In this document: piece by piece, positions 1-12,203 of the stretch
How positions within the stretch are numbered: position 1 is the stretch's first letter
Layout: each line of letters begins with the position of its first letter
Assembly: GCF_003018255.1 (NCBI RefSeq)
Contig: NZ_CP027440.1
From: Escherichia coli
GTDB taxonomy: Bacteria > Pseudomonadota > Gammaproteobacteria > Enterobacterales > Enterobacteriaceae
Length of the DNA: 64,000 bases
Strand: one strand, 5' to 3'
Made by a program: the position numbers and the translations under genes
Notes under the pieces: model-generated
Told to the model about the DNA's origin: nothing
Seen by the model: the letters and a program-made list of their open reading frames with translations, nothing else
The model's database searches: none

Positions 1-951
1 GTTTTTAGTGTTGCGACGAACCAGCACGGTTAAGCCCGCCAGCACAGCCAGTGGTAGCATCATGCCTTTATACAGGGTGTGTTGGACATGTTCGGAACGC
101 GCACCAGTAGAAAGATCGTCCAGTTTCGGCAGGTCGAGATTTTCATAAGGCACACCCGTCAGTACCAGAACCTGAGTACCGCCGCCCTCTTTCTCGCCGT
201 ACAGATGCGGATAATATTTCGGCACCGTATGCAGGTAAGTGTCGCCAGATTTCAGCGTCTGACGCGGATAGTGGTATTCGCTGCCCGGCTTCAGCGCCAG
301 ACGTTTTTTCGCCTCCGCCATCAGCTCTTCACGCGTACCAAAAATCACCGCGCCCGCCGGGCACACTTCTACGCAGCCAGGCAGACCGCCTTTATCGAGA
401 CGTTCCACACCTTTCTGGTTGCACAACTCGCACTTATGCAGCGCACCAAACGGGTTGTTGTAGTCGTACTTCGGCACGTTGTATGGGCAGGCGACCATGC
501 AGTAACGGCAGCCGGTGCACACATCTTTGTCGTAATGGACAATGCCGGTTTTCGGATCTTTTTTCAGCGCAGAGACCGGGCACACAGAGACACAGTTCGG
601 ATCGACGCAGTGCATACACTGTTTCTTAATGTACGCGTAGCCATTCTCCTCCTGGTCTTTGTTGACCCCTGTGCCGCTGGTCCACACCTGAATGATGTTA
701 TTGGTATACGGCGACAGTTTGTCGTTGTTCGACCAGGTCTGTTCCCCTTGCGGGTTACGTTCAGGGAAGTTGATATCCTGACACTTGGTGACGCAAGCCT
801 GGCAGCCTACGCACAAGGTCGAGTCGTACAACATCCCCAGCGATCCCGGAATTGGCGGGCGGTTTTCAGCAGCCGCATGACTGACAGACGGCAGCGCGCC
901 CGTCAGCAATGCCCCGCAGGAGGCTGCTTTAATAAAATTACGTCTGTTCAC
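1..951 (-). CDS. hybA: Hydrogenase 2 ferredoxin-type subunit HybA, 5'-proximal part (3' end beyond window start)
   Basis: Reverse-strand reading of 899-951 gives [18 protein letters not shown] from a GTG start; it sits immediately downstream of hybO as in the hybOABC operon. The + strand ORF 79-993 is the antisense shadow. Confidence 0.85.
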   Translation of the reverse strand, partial: MNRRNFIKAASCGALLTGALPSVSHAAAENRPPIPGSLGMLYDSTLCVGCQACVTKCQDINFPERNPQGEQTWSNNDKLSPYTNNIIQVWTSGTGVNKDQEENGYAYIKKQCMHCVDPNCVSVCPVSALKKDPKTGIVHYDKDVCTGCRYCMVACPYNVPKYDYNNPFGALHKCELCNQKGVERLDKGGLPGCVEVCPAGAVIFGTREELMAEAKKRLALKPGSEYHYPRQTLKSGDTYLHTVPKYYPHLYGEKEGGGTQVLVLTGVPYENLDLPKLDDLSTGARSEHVQHTLYKGMMLPLAVLAGLTVLVRRNTKN

Positions 952-953
952 GG

Positions 954-2072
954 TTATTCTCCCCGTGAGTCAGCGTTATCTTTCTTTTGCTGACGACCCA
1001 GTTCACGCACCGCCATCACGCTGACACCGGCAACCAGCCCAACCACACCGCCGAGCAAACCAATAGCGCCCGCAGAGACGTTGCCGCCTTCTTTAGCGTT
1101 AACGTCCGGTTTCTGTGAACGCGGAGTCTGGTTTTCGACGTTGGCAAGCTGATGGATGCCTTTATGGAAGCCGATACCTTCTTCGTTACAGCCATAGCAC
1201 GGGTGACCAATCGCTACCGGCCACACGCCGCCAACATCGCAGAATTGCAGCGTTGAGCAGTTGCCGTAAGTTTCTGGCCCTTTACAGCCGAGGTGGTACA
1301 GGCACCAGCCTTCGCGGTGACCTTCATCACCGAACTCTTTGGCAAAACGACCAGCATCGAAGTGCGGGCGACGTTCACAGTGTTCGTGAATCAGACGACC
1401 ATAGGCGAAAGTCGGACGGTTTTTGTCATCCAGTTTCGGCGGTTTGCCGTAAGTGATGATGTGCGCAACGGTCGCGAGGAAGTTGTGCGGGTTCGGCGGG
1501 CAGCCAGGAATATTGATAACGGTTTTGCCCGGTAGAACTTCTTGCAGGCTGACTGCGCCAGTTAGGTTAACTCCAGCTGCGGCAACACCGCCCCACGCAG
1601 AGCAGGAACCGATAGCGATAATGGCTGCTGCGCCTTCCGCCGCTTTGCGGATGTGATCCACAATCGGCTCACCGGCAACCATGCAATAAATACCGTTATC
1701 TTTTAATGGGATGGAACCATCCACCACTAACACATACTGCCCTTTGTACTTCTCGAGAGCGTTATGTTTGTTCTCTTCGACCTGATGACCGAAGGCGGCG
1801 GAAAGCACTTCGTGATACTCCAGAGAGATAGTCTCCAGCACGAGGTTTTCTACCGTTGGATGCGTTGCACGAAGCAGAGATTCCGTACAACCGGTGCACT
1901 CCTGCGCGCCAATCCAGATAACTGGCGGACGCTGCGGGTTAGTAACCGATTCGGCCATCTCTGCAGCGGCTTTGCTACTTAACCCCATGGTGGCGGCTAA
2001 TGCTGCACAAAGCTTCATGAAATCACGACGGTTAATGCCGTGAGAATGGATGAGGGTGTTATCTCCAGTCAT
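954..2072 (-). CDS. hybO: Hydrogenase 2 small subunit HybO (372 aa) with twin-arginine signal
   Basis: ORF track 372 aa; N-terminal RRDFMK Tat motif; [NiFe]-hydrogenase small-subunit Cys clusters; recognised as HybO. Confidence 0.95.
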   Translation of the reverse strand: MTGDNTLIHSHGINRRDFMKLCAALAATMGLSSKAAAEMAESVTNPQRPPVIWIGAQECTGCTESLLRATHPTVENLVLETISLEYHEVLSAAFGHQVEENKHNALEKYKGQYVLVVDGSIPLKDNGIYCMVAGEPIVDHIRKAAEGAAAIIAIGSCSAWGGVAAAGVNLTGAVSLQEVLPGKTVINIPGCPPNPHNFLATVAHIITYGKPPKLDDKNRPTFAYGRLIHEHCERRPHFDAGRFAKEFGDEGHREGWCLYHLGCKGPETYGNCSTLQFCDVGGVWPVAIGHPCYGCNEEGIGFHKGIHQLANVENQTPRSQKPDVNAKEGGNVSAGAIGLLGGVVGLVAGVSVMAVRELGRQQKKDNADSRGE

Positions 2073-2260
2073 TTATAGTTATTCCGTTGCGAAGACCTGG
2101 CATATATTTTGCCTCAATCGCAAAATCAATAATGCGATCGATGCGCCATTTACCACACATTTATTATGGTTATCGATATCATGATACTGCGGCGGGGCGC
2201 TAAAACGAAGGGAAGAAGCATTAGTGTAATTAATTAAAGCAAGATAATACGTATGTTTGA

Positions 2261-2548
2261 TCAATTTTCGAGGCGATAACCGGCCATAAAAAAGCGCAAC
2301 GTAGAACAGGAATTATTCTCACGAAAGAAATCCATTACCATCTCTTTATCCAGTCCATAGCGGCGCGTCAGAATACCCGCTTCCCAGGCGCTAAGCTGGC
2401 GATCTCCGGTCTTTTCGTACATCCGGTGTGAGTAGCCTAATACAAAACCGCGTTTATAATCGGCACAGTATTTTGTCACATTAACCGCACTGTCGGCATG
2501 CGTTGCTTTTAATCCCGCCATTAAGCCTTTACCAAAATGGTTATTCAT
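2261..2548 (-). CDS. yghW: DUF2623 family protein YghW (95 aa)
   Basis: ORF track 95 aa, recognised sequence and position next to the hyb operon. Confidence 0.88.
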   Translation of the reverse strand: MNNHFGKGLMAGLKATHADSAVNVTKYCADYKRGFVLGYSHRMYEKTGDRQLSAWEAGILTRRYGLDKEMVMDFFRENNSCSTLRFFMAGYRLEN

Positions 2549-2666
2549 CGTTCACCTCATTCGCTATATATTGCCGTATATAGCGATATTTTAGGCAAAG
2601 AACGACATTTGCGCACGCTATTTTTTCATGCTTGTTTAAGACGTAATCCTGTAAGAGATAAACCCA

Positions 2667-3554
2667 TCAGGAGAGATATTTATCGAACCATTTCAGCGTC
2701 CTTTGCCAGGCAAGATCGGCGGCAGATTTGTCATAACGGGGCGTGGAATCATTATGGAATCCGTGATTAACCCCCGGATATATATACGCCTCATAGACCT
2801 TATTATTGGCTTTCAACGCCGCCTCGTAAGCAGGCCAGCCCTCGTTGATTCGGGTGTCCAGTTCCGCGTAGTGCAACAGTAAAGGCGCTTCAATCTTCGC
2901 CACATCGGCAGTGGGTGCCTGACGACCATAAAACGGCACCGCGCAGGCCAGTTCCGGGTAAGCGACCGCTGCCGCGTTCGATACGCCACCGCCATAGCAA
3001 AATCCAGTAATACCCACTTTGCCTGTCGCTTGCGGATAGCTTTGCATAAACTCAATCGCGGCAAAGAAATCATTCATCAGTTTGGTTGGATCAACCTGCT
3101 GTTGCAGCTCACGACCTTTATCATCATTACCCGGATAACCTCCAACGGAACTTAAGCCGTCAGGTGCCAGGGCGATATACCCCGCCTTCGCCACTCGCCG
3201 CGTCACATCTTCGATATACGGATTCAGTCCACGATTCTCATGCACCACCACCACGGCTGGCGTTTTGCCGCTCATTTTTGCGGGCTTCACCAGATAACCC
3301 CGTACCTCGCCGTGACCATTTGGCGAGGGATACGTGATGTACTCTGCAACAATTTCCGGGTCGGTAAACTCTACCTGAGTCGCCAGCGCATAATTTGGCT
3401 TGAGCAAATCAAACAGCGCTAATGCCGTCATCCCGCCCACCGCATACTTCGCCGCAAGGTTGAGGAACTCACGTTTCGAGATTTTCCCGTGAGCGTAATA
3501 GTCGTAGTAATCCAGCAACTCTTGTGGGAAATCTTTGGCGGTTAAACGCGGCAT
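2667..3554 (-). CDS. yghX: Dienelactone hydrolase family protein YghX, intact (295 aa from ATG with GAGGAG SD; track ORF extends to 3593)
   Basis: Continuous 308-aa ORF; GFCYGG nucleophile motif and HGF near C-terminus typical of the dienelactone hydrolase fold; start chosen at internal Met preceded by a Shine-Dalgarno sequence. Confidence 0.8.
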   Translation of the reverse strand: MPRLTAKDFPQELLDYYDYYAHGKISKREFLNLAAKYAVGGMTALALFDLLKPNYALATQVEFTDPEIVAEYITYPSPNGHGEVRGYLVKPAKMSGKTPAVVVVHENRGLNPYIEDVTRRVAKAGYIALAPDGLSSVGGYPGNDDKGRELQQQVDPTKLMNDFFAAIEFMQSYPQATGKVGITGFCYGGGVSNAAAVAYPELACAVPFYGRQAPTADVAKIEAPLLLHYAELDTRINEGWPAYEAALKANNKVYEAYIYPGVNHGFHNDSTPRYDKSAADLAWQRTLKWFDKYLS

Positions 3555-3710
3555 CGTTGCACTCCTCAACTGGTGTTTTTTTAAGCAAAGCATAAGCGCG
3601 TGTTTTTGCCCAGTTTTTCGTCACTCTGTGAGCCAGACTACGGGATACGCGCTGGCGAATCGCTAAACTAGAAACATTGTTTCGAAATTGAACGATGGAA
3701 AGGAGAGGTC

Positions 3711-4751
3711 ATGGTCTGGTTAGCGAATCCCGAACGTTACGGGCAGATGCAGTACCGCTATTGCGGAAAAAGTGGTTTACGCCTGCCCGCGTTATCGCTC
3801 GGTTTATGGCACAATTTCGGTCACGTTAACGCGCTGGAATCACAGCGTGCGATCCTGCGTAAAGCGTTTGATTTAGGCATTACGCACTTTGATTTAGCCA
3901 ACAATTACGGGCCGCCTCCAGGAAGCGCAGAAGAAAACTTTGGTCGCCTGCTGCGCGAGGATTTTGCCGCTTATCGCGATGAACTGATTATCTCTACCAA
4001 AGCCGGATACGATATGTGGCCCGGTCCATACGGCTCTGGCGGCTCACGTAAATACCTGCTCGCCAGCCTCGACCAAAGCCTGAAGCGTATGGGGCTTGAG
4101 TATGTCGATATCTTTTACTCTCATCGCGTCGATGAAAATACGCCGATGGAAGAAACCGCCTCTGCGCTGGCTCATGCTGTACAAAGCGGTAAGGCGCTGT
4201 ATGTCGGGATCTCCTCTTACTCGCCAGAGCGGACGCAAAAAATGGTCGAGTTGCTGCGCGAGTGGAAAATTCCGCTGTTAATTCATCAACCTTCGTACAA
4301 TTTACTGAACCGCTGGGTGGATAAAAGCGGCCTGCTGGATACCTTGCAAAATAACGGCGTGGGCTGCATTGCCTTTACTCCACTGGCTCAGGGATTGCTG
4401 ACCGGAAAATATCTCAACGGTATTCCGCAAGATTCACGGATGCATCGTGAAGGGAATAAAGTTCGTGGTCTGACGCCGAAAATGCTCACCGAAGCCAACC
4501 TCAACAGCCTGCGCTTATTGCATGAAATGGCACAGCAGCGTGGACAATCAATGGCGCAAATGGCGTTAAGCTGGTTGCTGAAAGATGAGCGAGTGACGTC
4601 GGTATTGATTGGAGCCAGCCGCGCGGAGCAACTTGAGGAGAACGTGCAGGCGCTGAATAATCTGACATTTAGCACCGAGGAGCTGGCGCAGATTGATCAG
4701 CATATCGCCGATGGAGAGCTGAATCTGTGGCAGGCGTCTTCCGATAAATGA
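3711..4751 (+). CDS. gpr: L-glyceraldehyde 3-phosphate reductase (aldo-keto reductase) Gpr/YghZ, 346 aa
   Basis: ORF track 346 aa; aldo-keto reductase family sequence recognised as YghZ. Confidence 0.92.
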   Translation: MVWLANPERYGQMQYRYCGKSGLRLPALSLGLWHNFGHVNALESQRAILRKAFDLGITHFDLANNYGPPPGSAEENFGRLLREDFAAYRDELIISTKAGYDMWPGPYGSGGSRKYLLASLDQSLKRMGLEYVDIFYSHRVDENTPMEETASALAHAVQSGKALYVGISSYSPERTQKMVELLREWKIPLLIHQPSYNLLNRWVDKSGLLDTLQNNGVGCIAFTPLAQGLLTGKYLNGIPQDSRMHREGNKVRGLTPKMLTEANLNSLRLLHEMAQQRGQSMAQMALSWLLKDERVTSVLIGASRAEQLEENVQALNNLTFSTEELAQIDQHIADGELNLWQASSDK

Positions 4752-4790
4752 CCTGTTAATAACGGGCGCGAGAACCGCGCCCGAATCAGA

Positions 4791-5354
<564 letters not shown>

Positions 5355-5475
5355 TCAACATATACGTTAAACCTTTGTCGCATAATTCTGAGGGTTAGGG
5401 ATCTTCCTGGTTCCCTTATCAACGCATCGAGAGCGTCTACCCTTAAAGGACGTTGAACCTGAAGGGAGAAAAACG

Positions 5476-6360
5476 ATGTCTCATTTAAAAGACCCGACCA
5501 CGCAGTATTACACTGGTGAATATCCCAAACAGAAACAACCGACGCCAGGCATCCAGGCGAAGATGACACCGGTACCGGATTGCGGCGAGAAAACCTATGT
5601 TGGTAGCGGTTGCCTGAAAGATCGTAAAGCACTGGTGACAGGGGGCGATTCCGGAATCGGTCGCGCTGCCGCCATTGCTTACGCGCGTGAAGGGGCTGAC
5701 GTGGCGATCAGTTATCTTCCCGTGGAAGAAGAAGACGCTCAGGATGTGAAAAAGATCATTGAAGAATGCGGACGCAAAGCCGTTCTGCTGCCAGGCGATT
5801 TAAGCGATGAGAAATTCGCCCGTTCGCTGGTTCACGAAGCACACAAGGCGTTAGGCGGGCTGGATATTATGGCGCTGGTAGCCGGGAAACAGGTTGCCAT
5901 TCCTGATATTGCAGACCTCACCAGCGAACAGTTTCAAAAGACCTTTGCCATTAACGTTTTCGCGTTATTCTGGCTAACCCAGGAAGCGATCCCCCTGCTA
6001 CCGAAAGGTGCAAGTATCATCACCACTTCCTCAATCCAGGCATACCAGCCAAGCCCGCATTTACTGGACTATGCGGCTACGAAGGCGGCAATTCTGAACT
6101 ACAGCCGTAGCCTGGCAAAACAGGTCGCGGAGAAAGGTATTCGGGTGAATATTGTCGCGCCAGGCCCGATCTGGACAGCACTGCAAATTTCTGGCGGACA
6201 AACGCAGGATAAGATCCCGCAGTTTGGTCAGAAAACGCCGATGAAGCGTGCGGGGCAACCGGCGGAGCTGGCCCCTGTATATGTTTACCTGGCAAGTCAG
6301 GAGTCGAGCTACGTCACCGCAGAAGTGCACGGTGTCTGCGGCGGCGAGCATTTAGGTTAA
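5476..6360 (+). CDS. yghA: Short-chain dehydrogenase/reductase YghA (294 aa)
   Basis: ORF track 294 aa; [11 protein letters not shown]ossmann motif; recognised as YghA. Confidence 0.9.
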   Translation: MSHLKDPTTQYYTGEYPKQKQPTPGIQAKMTPVPDCGEKTYVGSGCLKDRKALVTGGDSGIGRAAAIAYAREGADVAISYLPVEEEDAQDVKKIIEECGRKAVLLPGDLSDEKFARSLVHEAHKALGGLDIMALVAGKQVAIPDIADLTSEQFQKTFAINVFALFWLTQEAIPLLPKGASIITTSSIQAYQPSPHLLDYAATKAAILNYSRSLAKQVAEKGIRVNIVAPGPIWTALQISGGQTQDKIPQFGQKTPMKRAGQPAELAPVYVYLASQESSYVTAEVHGVCGGEHLG

Positions 6361-6365
6361 AAAAA

Positions 6366-6404
6366 TGCCCGGTTGTGAAAAGCAACCGGGCATCATTTTT
6401 ATTT
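6366..6404. terminator. Bidirectional rho-independent terminator between yghA and exbD
   Basis: Seen in sequence: gcccggttg-tgaaaag-caaccgggc hairpin flanked by an A-run upstream and a T-run downstream. Confidence 0.55.
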
Positions 6405-6824
6405 CGCTTTCGCAGTTTCTTCGCCGACCAGACCTATTTTCAGGTAACCCGCCTGATGCAGCGTATCCATTACCTTCATCAACGTCTCGTAATCGACAGT
6501 TTTATCCGCACGGAAGAAGATGGTGGTGTCTTTCTTGCCTTCGGTTAACGCATTCAACGCCGTAATCATTGTTTCATCGGTGACCGGATCGTTACCAATA
6601 AACATCGAGTTGTCTGCTTTCACCGACAGATAAACCGGTTTTTCCGGGCGCGGCTGCGGCGTGCTGGTAGAAGCAGGCAAATTCACCTTCACATCTACCG
6701 TCGCTAACGGTGCCGCCACCATAAAGATAATCAGCAAAACCAACATCACGTCGATAAACGGCGTCACGTTGATATCATGCATTTCGCCGTTATCGTCGAG
6801 GTTTTCGTTAAGATGCATCGCCAT
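6399..6824 (-). CDS. exbD: TonB-system biopolymer transport protein ExbD (141 aa)
   Basis: ORF track 141 aa; recognised sequence; sits immediately downstream of exbB. Confidence 0.95.
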   Translation of the reverse strand: MAMHLNENLDDNGEMHDINVTPFIDVMLVLLIIFMVAAPLATVDVKVNLPASTSTPQPRPEKPVYLSVKADNSMFIGNDPVTDETMITALNALTEGKKDTTIFFRADKTVDYETLMKVMDTLHQAGYLKIGLVGEETAKAK

Positions 6825-6830
6825 CGGACA

Positions 6831-7565
6831 TTATCCTGCACGTAATTTTTGTGCGACACGAACCGGATGCGCAGCGGCGCTGGCTTCCAGATCCAGGTCA
6901 CGGCTTTGCAGCAACAATACCTGCGCTGCAACATCACCCAGCATCGCTTTAAAGCCGCCAATCTGGCGTGCAAATACGTTATAGATAACGACCGCAGGAA
7001 TCGCTGCCACGAGGCCGATTGCCGTTGCTAACAGAGCTTCTGCAATACCCGGCGCAACGACTGCCAGGTTAGTGGTCTGCGTTTGCGCGATACCAATAAA
7101 GCTGTTCATGATGCCCCAGACCGTACCAAACAGACCAACGAACGGCGAAATCGCGCCGATGGTTGCCAGATAGCCGTTACCACGGCCCATTTGACGACCT
7201 ACTGCGGCGACCCGACGCTCCAGACGGAAGCTGGTACGTTCTTTAATACCTTCGTTATCGTCGCTGCCTTCTGACAGTTCCAGCTCATTCTGCGCTTCAT
7301 TGAGCAAATGCAGGCTCAAGCTTTTGCTACCAAAATCAGCGGCGATATCGTTGGCCTGGTTTAAGGAACGCGCTTCAGCCAGCAGTTGCTGCTCGCGCTT
7401 AAGACGACGCTTCTGATTGAAGAACTCCACGCTCTTACTGAAGAAGATTGCCCAGGTGACTACGGAGGCCAAAATAAGCCCAATCATCACGCACTTAACG
7501 ACAATATCGGCGTGCTGATACATACCCCAGACGGAGAGGTCCGTCTGCATTAAATTATTACCCAC
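6831..7565 (-). CDS. exbB: TonB-system proton channel protein ExbB (244 aa)
   Basis: ORF track 244 aa; recognised sequence; MotA/TolQ/ExbB family. Confidence 0.95.
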   Translation of the reverse strand: MGNNLMQTDLSVWGMYQHADIVVKCVMIGLILASVVTWAIFFSKSVEFFNQKRRLKREQQLLAEARSLNQANDIAADFGSKSLSLHLLNEAQNELELSEGSDDNEGIKERTSFRLERRVAAVGRQMGRGNGYLATIGAISPFVGLFGTVWGIMNSFIGIAQTQTTNLAVVAPGIAEALLATAIGLVAAIPAVVIYNVFARQIGGFKAMLGDVAAQVLLLQSRDLDLEASAAAHPVRVAQKLRAG

Positions 7566-7626
7566 TGTGTATCTCCAGGACGCAAGTCACAAAATCTGTG
7601 CATAATAATATCAAAACGACGTCGAA

Positions 7627-7654
7627 TTGATAGTCGTTCTCATTACTATTTGCA
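7627..7654 (-). promoter_or_regulatory. Putative Fur-box-like AT-rich element in exbB promoter region
   Basis: Partial match to the GATAATGATAATCATTATC consensus upstream of exbB; exbBD is a known Fur-regulated operon; the motif match itself is weak. Confidence 0.3.
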
Positions 7655-7774
7655 TACTGCCGTACCTTTGCTTTCTTTTCCTTGCGTTTACGCAGTAAAA
7701 AAGTAACCAGCACGCCATTTGCGAAAATTTTCTGCTTTATGCCAATTCTTCAGGATGCGCCCGCGAATATTCAT

Positions 7775-7798
7775 GCTAGTTTAGACATCCAGACGTAT
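7775..7798 (+). promoter_or_regulatory. Putative tandem MetJ met boxes upstream of metC
   Basis: Tandem 8-mers agacatcc/agacgtat resembling the AGACGTCT met-box consensus, about 20-40 nt upstream of the metC start; metC is an established MetJ regulon member. Confidence 0.45.
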
Positions 7799-7816
7799 AA
7801 AAACAGGAATCCCGAC

Positions 7817-9004
7817 ATGGCGGACAAAAAGCTTGATACTCAACTGGTGAATGCAGGACGCAGCAAAAAATACACGCTCGGTGCGGTAAATAGCGTGATT
7901 CAGCGCGCGTCTTCGCTGGTCTTTGACAGTGTAGAAGCCAAAAAACACGCGACACGTAATCGCGCCAATGGCGAGTTGTTCTATGGACGGCGTGGAACGT
8001 TAACCCATTTCTCCTTACAACAAGCGATGTGTGAACTGGAAGGTGGCGCAGGCTGTGTGCTATTTCCCTGCGGGGCGGCAGCGGTTGCTAATTCCATTCT
8101 TGCTTTTGTCGAACAGGGCGATCATGTGTTGATGACCAACACCGCCTATGAACCGAGTCAGGATTTCTGTAGCAAAATCCTCAGCAAACTGGGCGTAACG
8201 ACATCGTGGTTTGATCCGCTGATTGGTGCCGATATCGTTAAGCATCTGCAGCCAAACACTAAAATCGTGTTTCTGGAATCGCCAGGTTCCATCACCATGG
8301 AAGTCCACGATGTTCCGGCGATTGTTGCCGCCGTACGCAGTGTGGTCCCGGATGCCATCATTATGATCGACAACACCTGGGCAGCCGGTGTGCTGTTTAA
8401 GGCGCTGGATTTTGGCATCGATGTTTCTATTCAGGCCGCCACCAAATATCTGGTTGGGCATTCAGATGCGATGATTGGCACTGCGGTGTGCAATGCCCGT
8501 TGCTGGGAGCAGCTGCGAGAGAATGCCTATCTGATGGGCCAGATGGTCGATGCCGATACCGCCTATATAACCAGCCGTGGCCTGCGCACATTAGGTGTGC
8601 GTTTGCGCCAACATCATGAAAGCAGTCTGAAAGTGGCTGAATGGCTGGCAGAACATCCCCAAGTAGCGCGAGTTAACCACCCTGCTCTGCCTGGCAGTAA
8701 AGGCCACGAATTCTGGAAACGAGACTTTACAGGCAGCAGCGGGCTATTTTCCTTTGTGCTTAAGAAAAAACTCAATGATGAAGAGCTGGCGAACTATCTG
8801 GATAACTTCAGTTTATTCAGCATGGCCTACTCGTGGGGCGGGTATGAATCGTTGATCCTGGCAAATCAACCAGAACATATCGCCGCCATTCGCCCACAAG
8901 GCAAGATCGATTTTAGCGGGACCTTGATTCGCCTGCATATTGGTCTGGAAGATGTCGACGATCTGATTGCCGATCTGGACGCCGGTTTTGCGCGAATTGT
9001 ATAA
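7817..9004 (+). CDS. metC: Cystathionine beta-lyase MetC (395 aa)
   Basis: Track ORF 7682-9004 starts at an upstream alternative codon; true start placed at [15 protein letters not shown] matching the known MetC N-terminus; PLP-dependent Cys/Met metabolism family. Confidence 0.95.
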   Translation: MADKKLDTQLVNAGRSKKYTLGAVNSVIQRASSLVFDSVEAKKHATRNRANGELFYGRRGTLTHFSLQQAMCELEGGAGCVLFPCGAAAVANSILAFVEQGDHVLMTNTAYEPSQDFCSKILSKLGVTTSWFDPLIGADIVKHLQPNTKIVFLESPGSITMEVHDVPAIVAAVRSVVPDAIIMIDNTWAAGVLFKALDFGIDVSIQAATKYLVGHSDAMIGTAVCNARCWEQLRENAYLMGQMVDADTAYITSRGLRTLGVRLRQHHESSLKVAEWLAEHPQVARVNHPALPGSKGHEFWKRDFTGSSGLFSFVLKKKLNDEELANYLDNFSLFSMAYSWGGYESLILANQPEHIAAIRPQGKIDFSGTLIRLHIGLEDVDDLIADLDAGFARIV

Positions 9005-9143
9005 CATTGCCACTTTTGGACAATTTTGCAGACATTTTATTGTGAAAAGTCTTAAATTGTTGCGTCCGGGATCAAGGCGTCCCGGACGATTCAGGAGTAC
9101 AATAGGCAGATAAAGGCTTAAACGCTGTTCCACAGGAAAGTCC

Positions 9144-9803
9144 ATGGCTGTTATTCAAGATATCATCGCTGCGCTCTGGCAACACGACTTTGCCGCGCTG
9201 GCGGACCCTCATATTGTTAGCGTTGTTTACTTTGTTATGTTTGCCACGCTGTTTTTAGAAAACGGCTTGCTGCCCGCCTCATTTTTGCCAGGCGACAGCT
9301 TGTTGATACTGGCAGGCGCATTGATTGCCCAGGGGGTTATGGATTTTCTGCCTACGATTGCGATTCTGACCGCCGCAGCAAGTCTGGGCTGCTGGCTAAG
9401 TTATATTCAGGGGCGCTGGTTAGGGAATACCAAAACGGTGAAAGGCTGGCTGGCACAGCTTCCTGCTAAATATCACCAGCGCGCCACCTGCATGTTTGAC
9501 CGCCACGGTCTGCTGGCGCTGCTGGCTGGACGTTTTCTTGCATTTGTCCGTACGCTGCTGCCAACCATGGCGGGAATTTCCGGTCTGCCAAACCGCCGCT
9601 TCCAGTTTTTCAACTGGTTAAGCGGATTGCTGTGGGTCAGCGTGGTAACCAGTTTCGGCTATGCCTTAAGTATGATTCCGTTCGTTAAACGCCATGAAGA
9701 TCAGGTAATGACGTTCCTGATGATCCTGCCAATTGCCTTGTTAACCGCTGGCTTGTTGGGCACGCTGTTTGTGGTGATTAAAAAAAAATACTGTAACGCC
9801 TGA
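9144..9803 (+). CDS. yghB: DedA-family inner membrane protein YghB (219 aa)
   Basis: ORF track 219 aa; recognised sequence. Confidence 0.9.
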
Positions 9804-9842
9804 CGATTTTCCCCGTTCCCGGTTGCTGTACCGGGAACGTAT

Positions 9843-10799
9843 TTAATTCCCCTGCATCGCCCGCATTCTTGCCGCATCTTCCCCCGGCGTCACACCGAAG
9901 TAACGTTTAAACTCACGGCTAAATTGCGATGCGCTTTCATAGCCGACGCGCATCGCCGCCGCGCTGGCCTTCATGCCGTCGTGGATGATCATCATCCGCG
10001 CCTTATGCAGACGGTAATTCTTCAAATACTGCAACGGCGAGGTGCTGGTGACAGACTTAAAATTATGGTGGAACGCCGATACGCTCATGTTGGCTTCTGC
10101 CGCCAGTTGCTCGACGCTCAGGTTTTCGGTGTATTTATTCTCAATCCGTTTCAGCACGCGACTAATCAGGCTGAAGTGAGTCTGGCGGCTGACCAGTGCC
10201 AGTAACGCGCCGCCGCAAGGTCCGGTCAGCACGTAGTACAGAATTTCGCGGATGATCTGTTTGCCGAGAATACGCGCATCCAGCGGTCGCTCCATCACAT
10301 CCAGTAACCGCTCTGCCGCGCATAAAATCTCTTCTGATAACGTGGCGGAGTTAATACCGCTGGCTGCCATTGACGGCTGAAAATGTTCATCTTCGCCAAT
10401 GTCCATCAACAGTTCCTGTAACTGCAAAATATCGACATTGAGACGCAACCCTGCCAGCGGCACCTCTGACGTGGCATAGGTTTCGCACTCAAACGGCAAC
10501 GGCACCGTCAGCAGGAGATATTCATTAGCGTCATAACGAAACACGCGTTCATTGATATAACCGATTTTATGTCCGGAAAAGAGAATTATGATGCCAGGCT
10601 CGTACATCACCGGTGTGCGTGCGAAAGGCGTCTCGCCATACAACAAACGCACATCGGGCAACAGCTCTGACAAACTATTTTCTTTATTTTTCAGTTTATT
10701 AACTTTATCCGCCAGCAAGCGGCAAATCTCTTCACGTTTCATATCGCGTAATTTCTTAGGAATAATGCGGCAATTTGATTGTGCGCAATTTTGTAGCAT
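9843..10799 (-). CDS. yqhC: AraC-family transcriptional activator YqhC (318 aa)
   Basis: Track ORF 375 aa; start set at MLQNCAQSN matching known YqhC; C-terminal AraC HTH; divergent from yqhD. Confidence 0.9.
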   Translation of the reverse strand: MLQNCAQSNCRIIPKKLRDMKREEICRLLADKVNKLKNKENSLSELLPDVRLLYGETPFARTPVMYEPGIIILFSGHKIGYINERVFRYDANEYLLLTVPLPFECETYATSEVPLAGLRLNVDILQLQELLMDIGEDEHFQPSMAASGINSATLSEEILCAAERLLDVMERPLDARILGKQIIREILYYVLTGPCGGALLALVSRQTHFSLISRVLKRIENKYTENLSVEQLAAEANMSVSAFHHNFKSVTSTSPLQYLKNYRLHKARMMIIHDGMKASAAAMRVGYESASQFSREFKRYFGVTPGEDAARMRAMQGN

Positions 10800-10935
10800 T
10801 TCTCCAGCACTCTGGAGAAATAGGCAAGACATTGGCAGAAATGAGCATTGAGAGGTACGGCGCTGGCGACCACAATGAAAAACATCAGGCAGACCGATCT
10901 CTGCCCTCATATTGACCCAGCAAAGGGAGCAAGTA

Positions 10936-12099
10936 ATGAACAACTTTAATCTGCACACCCCAACCCGCATTCTGTTTGGTAAAGGCGCAATCGCTGGTTT
11001 ACGCGAACAAATTCCTCACGATGCTCGCGTATTGATTACCTACGGCGGCGGCAGCGTGAAAAAAACCGGCGTTCTCGATCAAGTTCTGGATACCCTGAAA
11101 GGCATGGACGTGCTGGAATTTGGCGGTATTGAACCAAACCCGGCTTATGAAACGCTGATGAACGCCGTGAAACTGGTTCGCGAACAAAAAGTGACTTTTC
11201 TGCTGGCGGTTGGCGGCGGTTCTGTACTGGACGGCACCAAATTTATCGCCGCAGCGGCTAACTATCCGGAAAATATCGATCCGTGGCACATTCTGCAAAC
11301 GGGCGGCAAAGAGATTAAAAGCGCCATCCCGATGGGCTGTGTGCTGACGCTGCCAGCAACCGGTTCAGAATCCAACGCAGGCGCGGTGATCTCCCGTAAA
11401 ACCACAGGCGACAAGCAGGCGTTCCATTCTGCCCATGTTCAGCCCGTATTTGCCGTGCTCGATCCGGTTTATACCTACACCCTGCCGTCGCGTCAGGTGG
11501 CTAACGGCGTAGTGGACGCCTTTGTACACACCGTGGAACAGTATGTTACCAAACCGGTTGATGCCAAAATTCAGGACCGTTTCGCAGAAGGCATTTTGCT
11601 GACGCTGATCGAAGATGGTCCGAAAGCCCTGAAAGAGCCAGAAAACTACGATGTGCGCGCCAACGTCATGTGGGCGGCGACTCAGGCGCTGAACGGTTTG
11701 ATCGGCGCTGGCGTACCGCAGGACTGGGCAACGCATATGCTGGGCCACGAACTGACTGCGATGCACGGTCTGGATCACGCGCAAACACTGGCTATCGTCC
11801 TGCCTGCACTGTGGAATGAAAAACGCGATACCAAGCGCGCTAAGCTGCTGCAATATGCTGAACGCGTCTGGAACATCACTGAAGGTTCAGACGATGAGCG
11901 TATTGACGCCGCGATTGCCGCAACCCGCAATTTCTTTGAGCAATTAGGCGTGCCGACCCACCTCTCCGACTACGGTCTGGACGGCAGCTCCATCCCGGCT
12001 TTGCTGAAAAAACTGGAAGAGCACGGCATGACCCAACTGGGCGAAAATCATGACATTACGCTGGATGTCAGCCGCCGTATATACGAAGCCGCCCGCTAA
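10936..12099 (+). CDS. yqhD: NADPH-dependent aldehyde reductase / alcohol dehydrogenase YqhD (387 aa)
   Basis: Start set at [11 protein letters not shown]; iron-containing alcohol dehydrogenase family; recognised sequence. Confidence 0.95.
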   Translation: MNNFNLHTPTRILFGKGAIAGLREQIPHDARVLITYGGGSVKKTGVLDQVLDTLKGMDVLEFGGIEPNPAYETLMNAVKLVREQKVTFLLAVGGGSVLDGTKFIAAAANYPENIDPWHILQTGGKEIKSAIPMGCVLTLPATGSESNAGAVISRKTTGDKQAFHSAHVQPVFAVLDPVYTYTLPSRQVANGVVDAFVHTVEQYVTKPVDAKIQDRFAEGILLTLIEDGPKALKEPENYDVRANVMWAATQALNGLIGAGVPQDWATHMLGHELTAMHGLDHAQTLAIVLPALWNEKRDTKRAKLLQYAERVWNITEGSDDERIDAAIAATRNFFEQLGVPTHLSDYGLDGSSIPALLKKLEEHGMTQLGENHDITLDVSRRIYEAAR

Positions 12100-12203
12100 G
12101 CTTTTTACGCCTCAAACTTTCGTTTTCGGGCATTTCGTCCAGACTTAAGTTCACAACACCTCACCGGAGCCTGCTCCGGTGAGTTCATATAAAGGAGGAA
12201 CGT

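Noticed and set aside
79-993. 304-aa ORF on the + strand at the window start
   Set aside because: It is antisense to hybA (recognised on the minus strand with a GTG start at 951); Arg-rich low-complexity translation typical of a shadow ORF.
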